Of a stretch of DNA of 64,000 nucleotides, positions 23,351 through 36,245 are shown piece after piece. Position numbers and translations under genes: made by a program. The notes beneath the pieces are model-generated. The model was not told the DNA's origin. It did no database searches and worked only from the letters and a program-made list of their open reading frames with translations. The stretch comes from Moniliella sp. 'wahieum'. Lineage: Eukaryota. The DNA lies in contig RSEE01000038.1 in assembly GCA_003971905.1 (NCBI GenBank), positions 248,001 through 312,000 of the forward strand, in the 5' to 3' direction. The first letter of the stretch is position 1; each line of letters opens with the position of its first letter.

Positions 23351-24925
23351 ATGGACGCCGTCCAGAAGACCCGCACCCTAAAGGACGACGGCGACCTCGA
23401 CGTTGAAGTCGTCGAGAAAGATATTACTGATCCCGCCTCCTCCTCGGCCGCCTCGTTCAGCACCGGTGCCAAGGGCTTGGGCCTCTTCGCCACCATCGGT
23501 CTTCTGTTTGGCGAGATATACCTCTTGCCATCCTTGCTGAACCGTGGAGCTATGCACAATTGGGCTTTGTGGGTGGCGTGCTGGCTAATGTACTGGTCGG
23601 TGCACTCAATCTGATCACTTCCCTTACCCTCTGGCGCTACTTGCCTCGCTCATCCATCCCAGCGTGGCGTACCCGACATTGGTGCTCACCTCTTCTCCTG
23701 GAATGGCAATCCAAGTCGGTTTGGATGGTATTTGGGCATGTTTCTGCTCATTGTCAACAACGTTTTTATCATGGGCTTTCACACCCTCACTGGTGCTGAA
23801 ATTCTCAACACGTTTGCCTACCACCCGGGCAATGCTTGGTGCACCGTCGCCCTCGCCTCCTTCATCGCCCTTGTCTCCTTCCTGGGCAGCTTGCCCCGAC
23901 GATTCGAACACATTGGGGCGATGGGTATCTGTTCCTCCAGTATGTCTTCTTTTCCGGACCCTGCACAGTCTCTTGTAGACTGTACTAACACCTCATCTCA
24001 GTTTGCATGTGCATCTGCGTTCTCCTCACCCTCATTTTTGTCGGGCGGCAGCACCAACATCCTGCCACGCTCGCTGCCGGGATGCTCCCGTACATTTGAC
24101 AGCCATCGCCCCCCGCGGGCACATCATTTGTTAATGGCAACAATGCTATGCTCAGCATCATCTTCCTCTTGTGGGGCAGATTGTCTACCCTTCCTTTCTG
24201 GCTGAAATGGAGAATCCGCGACGGGACTTCCCTATTGCCGTTGTGGCCCTTACCATTTTCGAATTGGTTGTCTTCTCGGGCGTGGGCGCGTTCATATATG
24301 CCTTCTCGGGCCAGTACACCCAAGCGCCTGCCGTTGCGATTATCAAGAACGAAACCCTGAAGAAGATTGCCTTCTCCTTTGCGATGGTACCAACGGTCGT
24401 AATTGGTTGTATCTACGCCTCGGCCACGGCCCGTGCGCTGTTTGCGGCTATCATGGGCGGTAGGCCAATGGACCACAAGTCGCACCGTGCGTACGCTGTG
24501 TGGGTAAGCATCCTTGTGGTACTTTGGGTCGTCGCTTGGGTCCTGGGCAATGCCATTCCTTCCTTTGGAGACATCGGTGCGTCTCTCTTTCACCTCTGTT
24601 TTTCACTTCCTCTCCCCTCCTTCTTTCGGAACTGTGCACTGACCCTTTTCGCTTTAATTTGCCCAGTCTCTCTCACTTCAGCGCTGTGCGACTCCAGCAT
24701 GGGATTTATTTCTGGGGTCTCGCTTACCTCCAACTCCACCGGGGCCAACTGTGGGTCGGGCAAGGCTGGTTCCGTCGGACTTGCACGGTGTTCAATGCGA
24801 TGCTGATCCCTTGTGGCCTCTACATCCTTGGCCCTGGTATCTATACCTCGGTGCAACAGATCGTCGACGACTACAACACTGGTTCCAAACACCACCCGTT
24901 CACCTGCAAACCAAACAACATTTAG
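23351..24925 (+). CDS. Amino acid/auxin permease family transporter (Aa_trans, Mtr-like neutral amino acid permease)
   Basis: Multiple TM segments with motifs FLLIVNNVFIMGFHTLTGAEILNT, GQIVYPSFLAEMENPRRDFP, TLKKIAFSFAMVPTV and GLYILGPGIYTSVQQI. Introns at 23940-24001 and 24577-24666. Confidence 0.92.
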
Positions 24926-26204
24926 CCTCGCTTCCCTCATCCTGGCTCCCTGTTGATCCTCTTGGCGCAATGAGGACTGCCCCCGTCCTTTTTTTCGGTG
25001 AAAGTGCTTACCCTGCCGTCTACTTCTGCTTCTCCCTTTTCTGCTTCTTCTGCCTTCTCCCCTGCCTACCCCATCTCCTTCGGCCATCCTCGCGACTTCT
25101 GCCGTGAATAATCCGGCTATTTATGTGTTGCCTTTACTCTCCCGCGGGGTACGATCGTGTGGGGTTAGTACCTGCGCCACACATACTACGTAGGCCTACC
25201 TTGGTTCCATAGCCCAGCATGCTCGGTCGCAGCGTCGCCAGTGAATTCCAAAAGGGCACAGGAGATGGCTTCTGAGGACTGTATGCCATTGAGAAGAAAG
25301 ATGGACTGGCGGGTTTTGTATGGCTGTCACCTCGTATTTCGAGAGGGGGGGGGGGCGTGATCGCGGACAGACAGAGGTCGGTCTGAGTGTCAACAACTGA
25401 CATCCAACAGCTCAGGGGACGCGGGTACCATGCGCCCAGTAGGCATCAACCAAGTCGTTACTTTGTATGGGCAATGACGTATGGGATGCACCGCATATGA
25501 AGCGGCTGTGTGTAGTGGGATGAACGTTGAGGTCAAGGAGAGGAGCCTGCAGGTTTGTTTAAACCATTCGGGATGACTCAAATGTTGAACGCTGATGTGC
25601 GCTACGTCGACGCACCGCCCCAAAGAATGGTTACGAACTACTAGTACGATACAATCGGAGAGAAAGCTTGTGTGTCCCAGGCCAGTTCAATCCGTGTTTC
25701 AGCCAGCGGAGCTTTCAGCGTATAACCAGGGATTCTAAAGGGTACTGAAGGGGAAGAAGGGTGGTGCATAACAGGGATAGCTAGGGATGAGGATATCATT
25801 GGAAAAGGAACCATATGGAGATCCCAGTCAAGAGGGGGATCCTGTGTGCCATAGTAAAGGCAATCGGTATGAGTAGTAGCTTCCTGGAAGGAGGGAAGAA
25901 GAGGAAGGCAGATCAAGGAAACCAGGGATGAAACAGAAAAGACAAGGAAGGTGAGGGTGAATGAAAACGAAGGCAGGGATGAGACAAGGGGGGGTGAGTG
26001 GATGGATGAAACGGGAGAAGAACATAATCGGGATGAGGATGCGGAAGATGAGGATGGAGAAAGCCCAAAGCATGGTGAAAAAGCCCAAAAGCCAAACCAA
26101 GTAAAAAAAGATATGATGAACTGAGCAAGCACACGAACGAGACAAGTGCATGTTATACTGTGAAGGAGGGGTGGGGTGCACTGCTCATGGGGACATGGGT
26201 ACCC

Positions 26205-29200
26205 TTAAGATACACAGAGCAGAGGCGATTGGCGACTTTGCGCTGAACGGCGAACGGCGCACGGCGAACGGCGCACCGCAAACGATGTTAGGTGTGGAAA
26301 CAAAATGTTGAGCGCTATCCCCGGCACTTCAACCCCGACGGCGTACGGGAGGGAGGAGGGAGACGTGCGCACACCCAGGACCGAGGACACAGGACCCGTC
26401 GAAGGCGACAGCTCGGTCCCGAGCGCGTGATGATCCCATCCTGGCCCCATCCCCGAAGCAAGGGTATGACATGGCGAGCGGGAGTAGGAGCCCGTGGTAG
26501 TGGTGGCGGTGAGGCAAGTCGACTGGGACACACCCGAGCCCAACAGCGGGGTCGACCGCAGGCTGCCACCCGAGACCGATCCCGAGGCCGATCCCGGGGC
26601 CGACCCTAATCCCAATAACGTAGATCCCAACGTTGAGCTTAGCCCGAGCCCAGACCCCGACAGCGACCCGCAGGCCGACGCCGACGGAAGAGAAGCCGCC
26701 GACCCTTCGGGCGACAAAGCCCGAGCGCGACGGCGGAACAAAGAAGCCGGATGCGCACGGAAACTGAACCCGGCCACATAGTTCCGTAGTTGTTATACTC
26801 GGGTCTTCGTCCGCATCGGCAAACTGACTCTCTCGGTCCTCCGACCTACGTTGGCCGTATTCCTCTGCATCGTCAAACGCGCCACTGTCCAGAGGCGGGG
26901 GCGAAGCTGGGGCGTACCACCGCCCCGTAGGCGATATGTAGGATCGAGGTGGGAATGGGATCGTAGCCGGAGGGGTGGATGTACGTGTAGGTGAGAGTGC
27001 GGGTTGGGTCGTGGTGATGTCGAACAGGGGAGGCGAGCCAGAAGCAGGTTCCCACACGGGCAATGGTGATGTCAGTGCTGGGGATGGCGGAGCAGAGCAG
27101 GGGTCAGGACGAGAAGCAGAGGACTCCAGGGAGCGGCGTGAAGTTTCTCCCTGATCTGGCACAGGCGTAGCGCATGAGGCCTTGAGTGAACGAGGCGTGG
27201 TGTGGAGGGGGTTGCAGTAGGCAGCAGCTCTTGGGCATCCTGCGTCTTCTCGGGGAAAGGTCGCAACGAGCGGGCCGAGTGGACATGGCGCATAATGTGC
27301 AATTTGCGCCTCCGACCACCCTTTTCCACCAGAGGGGGATCCTGGGTCGTGGTCGGATCTCCAATATGGCCGTGGAAGGAAGACTTGGGCGACGGCTGAG
27401 CGGGCGTGTCGACCGACGTTCGACGTACGCGCCCAGCAAGCCGAAGAGACGAGTTGGAGTTGGGTCGAGTTAACTGTCGGAGACGTGCAGGAATCAAAGA
27501 GGCAAGGGACCGCTTGGGATCGTTCTTGCTGTCGGAATGGGATGAACTGGTGATGGAACAGGGGGTGGTGGTGATCGCACTTTCATCCGAGAGAGACGAG
27601 GCGGAACTTGGGTCGGAGCCGATGGGGGCGGTTTCCAACTGGGCGAAGGTTGTGTGGAGGGTTGTGTAGATGCGGTGGAAGAGTGGTACAGTTACCATCA
27701 GGTGAGAGAGAGAGCGGCAGTCATCGCGTTGGGAAGACAAAGGCAGTAGTGGGGACGGACTAGAAGTACGAATGGGGTCGGGGAAAAGGGACTGGAGAGC
27801 CGGTCGTCCCCCTTTCCCACGCGAAGGAAGCGACTCGAATGGTCGTGAAGAAGTGGTGTCATTGCCGGAGACTGCTGTACCCAAAGAGATGGTATTCGGC
27901 TCGTCTACCGTGAGCGTGGTGGCAGTGCGTCTAGCACCTGGGTCGCATCTGCTGGTCCCACTGATGCGGACGTAGCAGAACGTCCTTTACTGTACGACCG
28001 CATCCGGACCAGTTGGCTCTTGACCAACGTGCCCAACTGAATGGACCCTTGTGATTCCGCCCGGGAGCGTGAGCCGGTTGGAATGTCCATGTTTTTCCAA
28101 GCCGGGCTGGAGTTCAAGCCCAAAGATAGGGTAGGACGGTGGTTTGACCATTGAAGCTCAACGCGCGCAGCTTGCTTGTCGACACGCTCTTTTTCCCAAT
28201 CCGCAGAGAAGGGTGGGCCGCCTTGATCGCCTGGTGGGGGGCGGCGCGTCGGAGGTGTAAATGGGTACATACGGATCAAGTCCCGGGTCGGTGGCGTCGA
28301 GCCAAATGGTAGGATTGGCCATACCAGAAGTAATCCAAGGATGGGATTTGATCTGGTCAAGTGGCATGCGAGCGTCCGGATCCTTTTCCAGCAACCCATC
28401 AAGCAGGGTCCAAAGCGCACGCGCATCTTGACCCAATCTCCCTGGTCCACATCCTCCTCCTCATTCTCCAACGCTTGCATCACCGTTGGCGACGGAGGGA
28501 AGCCCCAGGGTCGGTCCTGTAGTTGCGCGTAGCGGCTGATGCTGATGGAGGACACGCGTTCTTGTTCTTCAACGGCCGATTGGACCCGGCTCGCATCCCA
28601 TCTGCGTGCGCGGGGCCCCACAAGTACCTGATCGGCTCCCATGGTGGCAGGAATGGCATAATCGTACCATGGAATCACTGAAAACAGCGCAAACTCACTG
28701 GCCGAGTCAAAGGGGAGGGTAGCAAAGAGCAAGCAGTACAACGTCACGCCCAAGGCCCAAATATCGATCGCCTCGCTGATTCGAGGCGGCTGTTCCCGGC
28801 AGCTTGGCCTGGGTTCGGACTCGGGAGGAGCAAGGGCACCCAAAGCATGGCACTGTTGCGTGCTCAATGGACACGCATCAGTCAAGCACAGTTCCGGTGC
28901 CAAAAATGCAGGCGTGCCCGCGGTGCGCGACAATTCTTGCTGGTCAGCCGCATCGAGATCGGCTGTGTGTGTTGACACTGGGTTGCTCACCAAAAGAGGC
29001 TCGGCCATCTCGTCGTACTCTAGTGACTGCCCACCGCGCTGAAACAGGGGCGCACTAAAGTGACTCACACCAAAGTCAGAGATCTTGACGTGAGTACGAC
29101 GGGCGTCGGTCCAGAGTAGATTGGCTGGCTTGAGGTCCCGGTGGATGATACCGTTGTAATGCAGGTACTGCAGCCCACACACCACATCCCTCCCGATCTG

Positions 29201-30046
29201 CCGCACCGTTTCCACTGGCAAAAGGGGGTGGCCAGTCGTCTCACGCCAGCACACTTCGCCGCCCGATAAGTATTCCATCACTTTTTTCAGTAGTGGTATT
29301 GTTGAACGAAAAGGAAGATGTTACGTTGCAACAACGGTCAGTACTTCTTCAATTGAAACCCACCCTAGGAAGGGGACACGTACCCATGAAGATTTTCTTG
29401 CTCTGGGGATCGTCCATCACTTCGAGTAGACGGACGATGAATTGGCTGGAACACTTGCGAAGAATAGCTAGTTCGCGAAGGACTTTATCGTCCGTCGCGC
29501 GAGGAGCAGGGGCAGGGGTGGGCAGAGCAGGCAGCGGAGAGGGGCCCCGGGCGTACGGCTGACGGGGAGACGACGTAGGACGTGGTCGCTGCCAAGACGG
29601 CGGGGGGAGGAACGGTTGACAATCTTGATGGCAGCGGTTGTGCCGGTGGTGGTGTCGCGGGCCATGCGGACGCGACCATGGACGCCCCGCCCAGTTCGGA
29701 GAGAAGGAGGTACTGGTTGACCATCCGATGGCCCGATGTCGGATGGGACCCCATGGCAATCGACGAGGTCTCCCGCACGCGGGCCGGGGGAGGGGAGGGG
29801 GCGCGCTCAGGCGGAGCGACATGGGCCGATTGAGGCGTACGGAGGAGATGCTGCGGGAGGAGGTGGACGGGCAGAAGGAGGGGAATCAAATGCGGCTTGG
29901 GGCCAGGCCCACTGCGTGGGGCAGACCGTGCACGGTCTCTTGCACGGTGTGTGGGTTGGCGTTGAGCAGTCTAGCTGACCAGTGAAAAAGATCAAGACGT
30001 GCGAGCTGAGCGGCAGAGCGCTGCTGCGCTGATCGCAGCATGCCAT
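26205..30046 (-). CDS. Ser/Thr protein kinase, CaMKK/Sak1-Tos3-Ssp1 (Snf1-activating) family
   Basis: VNQYLLLSELG, AAIKIVNR, RELAILRKC, LLEVMDDPQSKKIFM, then intron 29281-29383, then VMEYLSGG, HRDLKPANLL, VKISDFGVSH, TAGTPAFLAPE, DIWALGVTLYC. Long S/P-rich C-terminus. Start and stop are uncertain. Confidence 0.9.
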
Positions 30047-30491
30047 GCATATGCCACAGACATCACCGCTGGGCCTGACAAAGCCGAGCCGCAGAACACA
30101 AAAGCGCCAGGGCACTCCTGTGCCTGGGCAAGGGGAGCCGGGGCAGCAGCCTGGACGCTATAGTACGTTGGATGTTGGACGGGAGGCAGCCGACGCATGA
30201 TGCAGAATGCATGATGCAAGGTGCTGCCTCAGACTCAGATGTGAGTACTGAGTCTCAGACCGCAGCCCCCCCCCCGCAGGCCGCAGAGCACAGTGGGCGG
30301 GGCGGGCGCCAGGGCTGCTGCGCCAGTCGGCACAAGCGCCATGCAGCGTGCCGCCTGCAGGCCACCCAGCGTCCAACGCACCCCATGCCCCACACTGCCG
30401 GCACGCGCCCTCGGCCGACGTTCACACCCTCCCACGCCCCTGGCCCGAGGCGCTGGCCTGAGCGCCTGAGTGCCTCAACTCCCCGACATGC

Positions 30492-30535
30492 TGACATGTC
30501 ACATGTCACTGTCACATGTCACCGGTCACCGGTCA
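30492..30535. repeat. 7-bp-period TCA array (CATG units then CCGG units)
   Basis: tgacatgtcacatgtcactgtcacatgtcaccggtcaccggtca, with one 1-nt slip. Confidence 0.88.
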
Positions 30536-30649
30536 CCGCCGCAGATCTCACCCCTGCCTGAAACCCCGCCAGGGCGCGGGTGGGTGCGCCACCACTTCCA
30601 AATTAGCGCCAGACCACACCGCCCTCCTCCAGTCCCGCCGAGAGCGACT

Positions 30650-30687
30650 TGAGGCCTGACGCCTGACGCCTGACGCGTGACGCGTGG
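30650..30687. repeat. 7-bp-period TGA array (GGCC, CGCC, CGCC, CGCG, CGCG)
   Basis: TGA at 30650, 30657, 30664, 30671 and 30678. Confidence 0.88.
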
Positions 30688-31191
30688 CGTATGCAATGAT
30701 CGAGACAGGCGACAGGCGACCCTTGACGATCGCGTGACCGTGCGCGTGACTAGTGACTACTGGGCAACCCCACCAGCAAAGCGTTGGCCTGCGCTAGCTC
30801 TGTGCCTCTGTTTACACGTTACCAATGTTTACCGGATAGACTAAGGCAACTAGGGTCCACACTGCTTACATATCGATCGCCCCCCCTTCGCTCGTTTCTT
30901 TTCAGCCGCGCAAGAATCCCCAGATCCCCCCCCATCGACCATCGACCATCCTTTTGACCAACCAACCCGTTTCCCTATCGCTGGGCTTACAAGCCCACAG
31001 CAATACCTCTTTTGGGCCTCTTCACATGTCACATGTCGCCCCCCCCTTATTCCTTTCCCACAACAAGCCAGCAAAACCAGGCTACTCCCTCAAGGGGGTT
31101 TGGTAAGTCCTAAAGTCGTAACTGAGTACTACGGCCCGCCCCTCAAGCTCCTTAAGCAAGGTGCCGCCACCGAGGACCATAATTTTCTTAG

Positions 31192-31215
31192 TAACTAGTA
31201 ACTAGTAACTAGTAG
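31192..31215. repeat. (TAACTAG)3 array
   Basis: TAA at 31192, 31199 and 31206 with CTAG cores. Confidence 0.85.
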
Positions 31216-31274
31216 TTCATCATGCAGCGTATGCATAACGAGAAGACCACCGGGCCTACGGCCCGGTCTGCTGT

Positions 31275-31356
31275 GTCGCCACCTTAGCCACCGTTCCCCC
31301 GTCGCCACCTTAGCCACGTTCCCCTGGCCCATCATCGCCACCGTAGCCACCGTTCC
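31275..31356. repeat. Three copies of a unit of about 24-26 bp (TCGCCACCTTAGCCACCGTTCC)
   Basis: Copies start at 31275, 31301 and 31334. Confidence 0.8.
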
Positions 31357-33789
31357 AAGCTGGAACCCATCCACGCTGGAAAACAATACCACCGATACGT
31401 GCTGGCTGGCGTGGCTGGCGGCGCCCCCGGTGGCTGCGCCACCGGTGGCTTACGCAATGCTGATGTAAAACAGTGGTGCACACCCCGTTCGGGATTCTAA
31501 TATAACATTGAGATGGTAAGGGGCAGCGGAGGTGCGGTCTGGTGTGGTGGTGTGGTGGCGGGCATGTTTTGTTTGGTGTCACATGGCAGGTCTAAGTCGA
31601 CCTGATGCCCTTACCAGTAGACCCTGAGGCTCAGGCTGGGGGGGGGTGACGCGGAAGCGCTGAGGGGAACCGGTGACCTGGGACACCTTTGCCTGTGGAT
31701 CATCGACAGTCATAGCCCCTGAGGCCTGAGGCCCCGATTACAGATCTGAGAGGGCCTAAGAATCCTGCCGGCCTGAGGTCTGCCTGAGGTGAGTGACTAG
31801 TATAGTGACTAATAGTGACTAGCCTGATGCTCAGGCCCAGGCCTGAGGCCTGACTAGCTGACTAGTGAGACCGGTGACCTGGCCTGGAAGCGCGCGCTCC
31901 CCGTGATCGCGTGACCGGTCCCGGTCCTGCCCTTAGAACTCCCATCCTTTTTGTCGGTTTGTCTGCAGCTGCAGACTAGCTAGCTGATATATATTTTTGG
32001 TAAAAGACTTCAAGCTTCACTACCTTACCGATCACATTTCCGAGTTAGTTGATGTCATTTTTTGTCTTTGTGTGTATACGGGTGTGGGTGGGGTTTTTTT
32101 TGGCAAAGCGCCTCGTTTCGCGAATATACTTGCGGTGTCATGCATGTCAGCCCGACTTGTTACGCTCTACGGTGGACCCCAGATGGTCCATTCAAGCGAA
32201 GGCCCGCCGGCTCCGCACATGCCCAGTAGAGCGTGCTCCGCAGGCCAACCAAGGGTGATGATGGTTGGTTAAATTAGGTACGGTGGCCCGAAGGGCCACA
32301 TATGCATCCGCGCGAGACAATAGTCGCCCCCCACCTAAGTCCAAGTCGGCTGGCCAAACTAGGCCACGGAGCTTCCAGTGTCTTTGCGACGACTGTCGCA
32401 TCTGTCCCCGTTTCTCCTTTTCCTTTCTCGGTCGCGCCTGCGGCGACCAACCCCTCTTTTGACGTGTCTTCCTTTCTACACACCTCTCTTGTATCCGTTT
32501 CCCTTTTGATCTTGCCTGTACCACTGGTTGATCGGGATCATTTCCCCGACCTTCCATTCTCTCATCATCTACCGTCTCCACGGTCACCCCCTCCCGCTAT
32601 ACTGTCCGACTACTCCTGTCCGTTTTCCAGCCAATTGATCCAGTACAGGCGGCCTCCTCTCCTCTTAGCTCCCGCCTCCTCTGCCGACCTCGTCCTCCAG
32701 CACTCCATCAGTCCAGGGCGCGAGCCCTCCTTCAGCCGCGTCTCGATTTCCAGTCTCTGTCCGGTCTCAGTTAAGGCAGTGTTTGACCGCCACTGCCTCC
32801 TTTCGTCCCTAAGTCCCGGAGGCTTCAGACACGTTACTACACACAGCCAAGCCGGTGCAGACGCAGCCTTGTCATAAAAGTGCAGCCGCCCTACCAAGAC
32901 CTCTCTTCGTCCCTATAGCTCCGCTCGAATCCACCAACTATAGCTCAAGCCCGAAACTACCGTGAGTCAACCTACCGTCTCCCAAGGGACGTACCCCCAA
33001 ACCCCAGGAGAGCCCCCTGGCGGGGCCCGCCCCGTAACATGGCTACTGCCCTCAAGGGCTGAACCTCGGATCGGACGAAGCTTGTGCGACTGAATCACCC
33101 AGAAGACTCGTGCGAAGACTGGTGCGATCAGCGCCGTGAAGGCAGGAAAGAGCTGGTGACTCAGGATCAGCACGTCCCTATAGGATAGTTGTCAAAACCA
33201 TTGTAGTTCTTGACCATCTCGATCATCAGATAACCCACCACTCTACCCATATCCCGCTGACCTTCCCTAGACCATCCCACCCTCCTGAGAATTTTTCAGA
33301 CTATAGCCTCGATCTTGGACCCTTATCAGGCGCTCAGGCATCCGTCCAAGTCACAGTAGAGACCTCCTCTGACGATCAGACCTCAGCGAGGCCTTCTTAT
33401 AGGCTGAGAGCTGAGGAACCCTGCTAAACCACTTTTACACTGCGCGGTATAGTATCATAGGCAGTTCATCGCGTGAATCCAAAACGTCCCTTCGGTAGGC
33501 CTTGTTCAGAGTCGATTAATCCGTCCTTAATCCAGGAGATCTGCAATCTTATTGGAGAGTTCTATTCGGAGATCAGCTTCTGGGTTACTTGATTCGAAGG
33601 CGCGGCAAGTGTGTGGGGCCCATTGATCCTGTTGAACCGTTTGAAACTGTAACGTTGGTGTCCACATGTAAGTGTTGATGGCGTCGTAGGAGAATGGAGA
33701 ATGTGGTTCTAGGGGAAGGTGCAAGAGGCTCTACATAAGCGGTATGGTCTAATGTGGCCTAAGAGAATACGAACAATGAGGTATAATCT

Positions 33790-33935
33790 CTATATTGTAA
33801 CCATGTCATTGACAGTGTTTACTAAAGCTGGGACAAAGTAAACCGACCTACTCATCCGGAGCGTGTGTTGCTTTTTGTTGTTGGCGCCAAAAAACCGTTT
33901 AGAGAACCAGGGAATTCGCCAGCAGATCATGGATG
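33790..33935 (-). other. Dispersed diverged sequence, copy A (homologous to 49705-49855 on +)
   Basis: Collinear shared blocks TGCTGGCGA, TTTGGCGCCAACAAC, CCGGATGAGYAGGYCGGTTT, CTTTGTCCC, CTGTCAAYGA and TGGTTACAAYATA. Confidence 0.75.
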
Positions 33936-36245
33936 CGGGCGCAAAGGAACCGACGGAGAAGAAATGGATGTAATAGCGCACAGGTAGAGAGAAATAAGAG
34001 GCCACAAATAAGTCAAAAAGTAGAAGTGACTGGCCTTTAGCCCCCCCCTTCCCATAAGGAAAGTGGCGGAAGGAACTTGTTGCGATATGCACGGGCCATT
34101 ACACGGTGTGGTCTTCATGATATTATACAGAGAGAGACGTTGATGGTCGCACTACAGTATGGAGAAAGAGACAGTAGATGGGAGGGCTTTTTGCTCGGAA
34201 AACAGGAGTATAGCATTATACGAAAATGGCGGATATGAAAAGGATCCACAGCAGGCGCTCGTTGGTGTTCAACTCCCCCGCACGTATCGATTCGTTTGCG
34301 AAGTGTTGACTGTGATCCTCCGGCTCCCAGCCGGTAGACCAAGTTCGCTTCGGTTCCATCGGCTTCCACGCTGCAGGTGTCCCAGCATGTCACTGTCCCT
34401 TGCCCAGCATTCTATACTGTCCTCTGTTTGAACTGGCCCTGTGCCTAGTCCGGCCTCCCATATAGATGCCCCTGTACCCAGACCCAACTCTAGTTCTAAT
34501 CCATCGCCTTCTCCTCATCCTTCTACCCGTCCGGCTCCCTATAGACTAACAAGAAGCCCTCATTTTTCCTCCATTTCTGGGTCATACTATATTACCAAAA
34601 CTTACCGCTGAGTGTTGTCATTTATTGTTTCTTTAGTGAGCTACTGTACAGAGTTCCTCTGAGCTTTCCCTCTCCCCCGTCAGATCGATCCCGTCTCTTC
34701 TTTTCCTTTGTTCTCTTCTCCACCGTATATCGCACCTACTATATATTTTTGAAGAATTGACAATTGGCTCGTTTTAGTTCTCTACAAAAAAGGTGATGCC
34801 GTCTAATTGTGATACTAAAAGGAGACCTCCTTCTCCCGACACCCACCGCTTTCTTCATCTCTACCAAGTTCTTCATTCTTCCGAGCCTCCCCGTCCCAGC
34901 GACTTAGTGCCGTGTGCATACTTGCACTTACTCTGCAGAGTGCTATCACACCTATATATGTTTTCTAGTCTCTGCTATGGTACGCTTATCATTCTGGGCC
35001 CGTCTTGATGCCGAAGTGCTGTGTGCGTGAGCCGGGCGGTATCACAGCAAGGATGGGATGTGGACCCATCTTCGTCGGTCTGCTCTGGAGATCTGAAGTG
35101 GCTAGTTACAAGTCACACGGGGACTGTGGTACAGACCCGGGCGGTGGAGGAGGAGAGTGGATGAGAGGTACTTTTCCCCGTTTTCTTCCTCTTGGGAGCT
35201 TGACGCTGGAATGTCTTCTGCACGTGATCGATGACCGACCTGATCGGTGCCCATCGATGATCGATCATCATGCATCACAGACCAATGCATGTGGGTCGCG
35301 GGGCGCACGGGCGCACGGGGCACTGTTGATGCGCCACCCGGAATCGCAAGGGAACGCAGCGATAGGCACTGGGCGCTCGGGGGCAGCCACGCCGACGCAC
35401 TGGCGCCCACGCCGAGGGGGCGGTGGCGCGAGGGCGTAGCACGGGGGCAGCGCCCAAGCATGTGGATGCCGTCGAGGCCCGACGCCGCAGGCAGGAGCGC
35501 ATGTGCTGGAGCATGCGTGCTGCGGGCCGTCGAGTGGCATCCGCGTGCCCTGCAGTGCCCGGCCGGGGGTGGGCCAGTGCTGTCCCGTGCAGCCCACGCC
35601 ATCCCACGCCATGCAGCCCATCGGGGCGGGCCTCGGCACCGGCGCGGTGGCGCTGGCTGGGCGCGGGGGCTGCTTGCGACGCCCATCATTAACTACTCGG
35701 AGCTCATGTCACCGGTCACCTCTCCCGCCTCATGCATCATGCCTGCACGTGGCCGGCAGCTGCCTAGGTACGCAGCCCTGCTGCTCCCTCCCTCCCACCA
35801 TCGACTCCAGCTCTCCCTCCCCGGCTCCACCACCCTCTCCGCCGACTGCCCCCCCCCCCCCCCCCCCCCTCTGCCCATGCACACCCCCTCGGCCTCGGCC
35901 TCGGCCCCCTTCTCTCCCCCCTCGCCCTTACTCACCCCCCGAAGCCACCGAGGTCCTGGCCGACCCTTCCCCCCTTCCTCCACTCCCCCTACCCCCCCGC
36001 CACAACGCACCCGCAAGCTCCCCCCACCTTGGCCTGCCCCGCTCCGGGCCCCATGCCCCCTTGGGGCGCTTTGGCCTCCGCCGCTCCTCCGACACTCCGC
36101 GACCCTCCCCGCCTCTTGTTCCCCAGGCGCCGCGTCCGTTCCGACGGTCTTCCTATGCGTCCCATGCCGATTCCGAGTACGGCACCGCAGCCTCCCTGCG
36201 CTCCGCTTCCCTCGTCAGCCTTCGTCTTTCGGGCTGCCAGCCGTG

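Noticed and set aside
32302..33400. Possible transposon or retroelement relic
   Set aside because: I saw no RT, integrase, gag or transposase motif, and no LTR or TIR.
33400..33724. Minus-strand frame with in-frame stops that could be read as RIP-like C>T pseudogenisation
   Set aside because: Any stop codon can be derived from a C>T change. Without an intact homologue this is not evidence.
35247..36245. 5' part of the 523-aa ORF and overlapping GC-rich ORFs
   Set aside because: GC-rich promoter or leader DNA with few stops and a poly-C tract. The plausible start of the ArfGAP gene is 36246.
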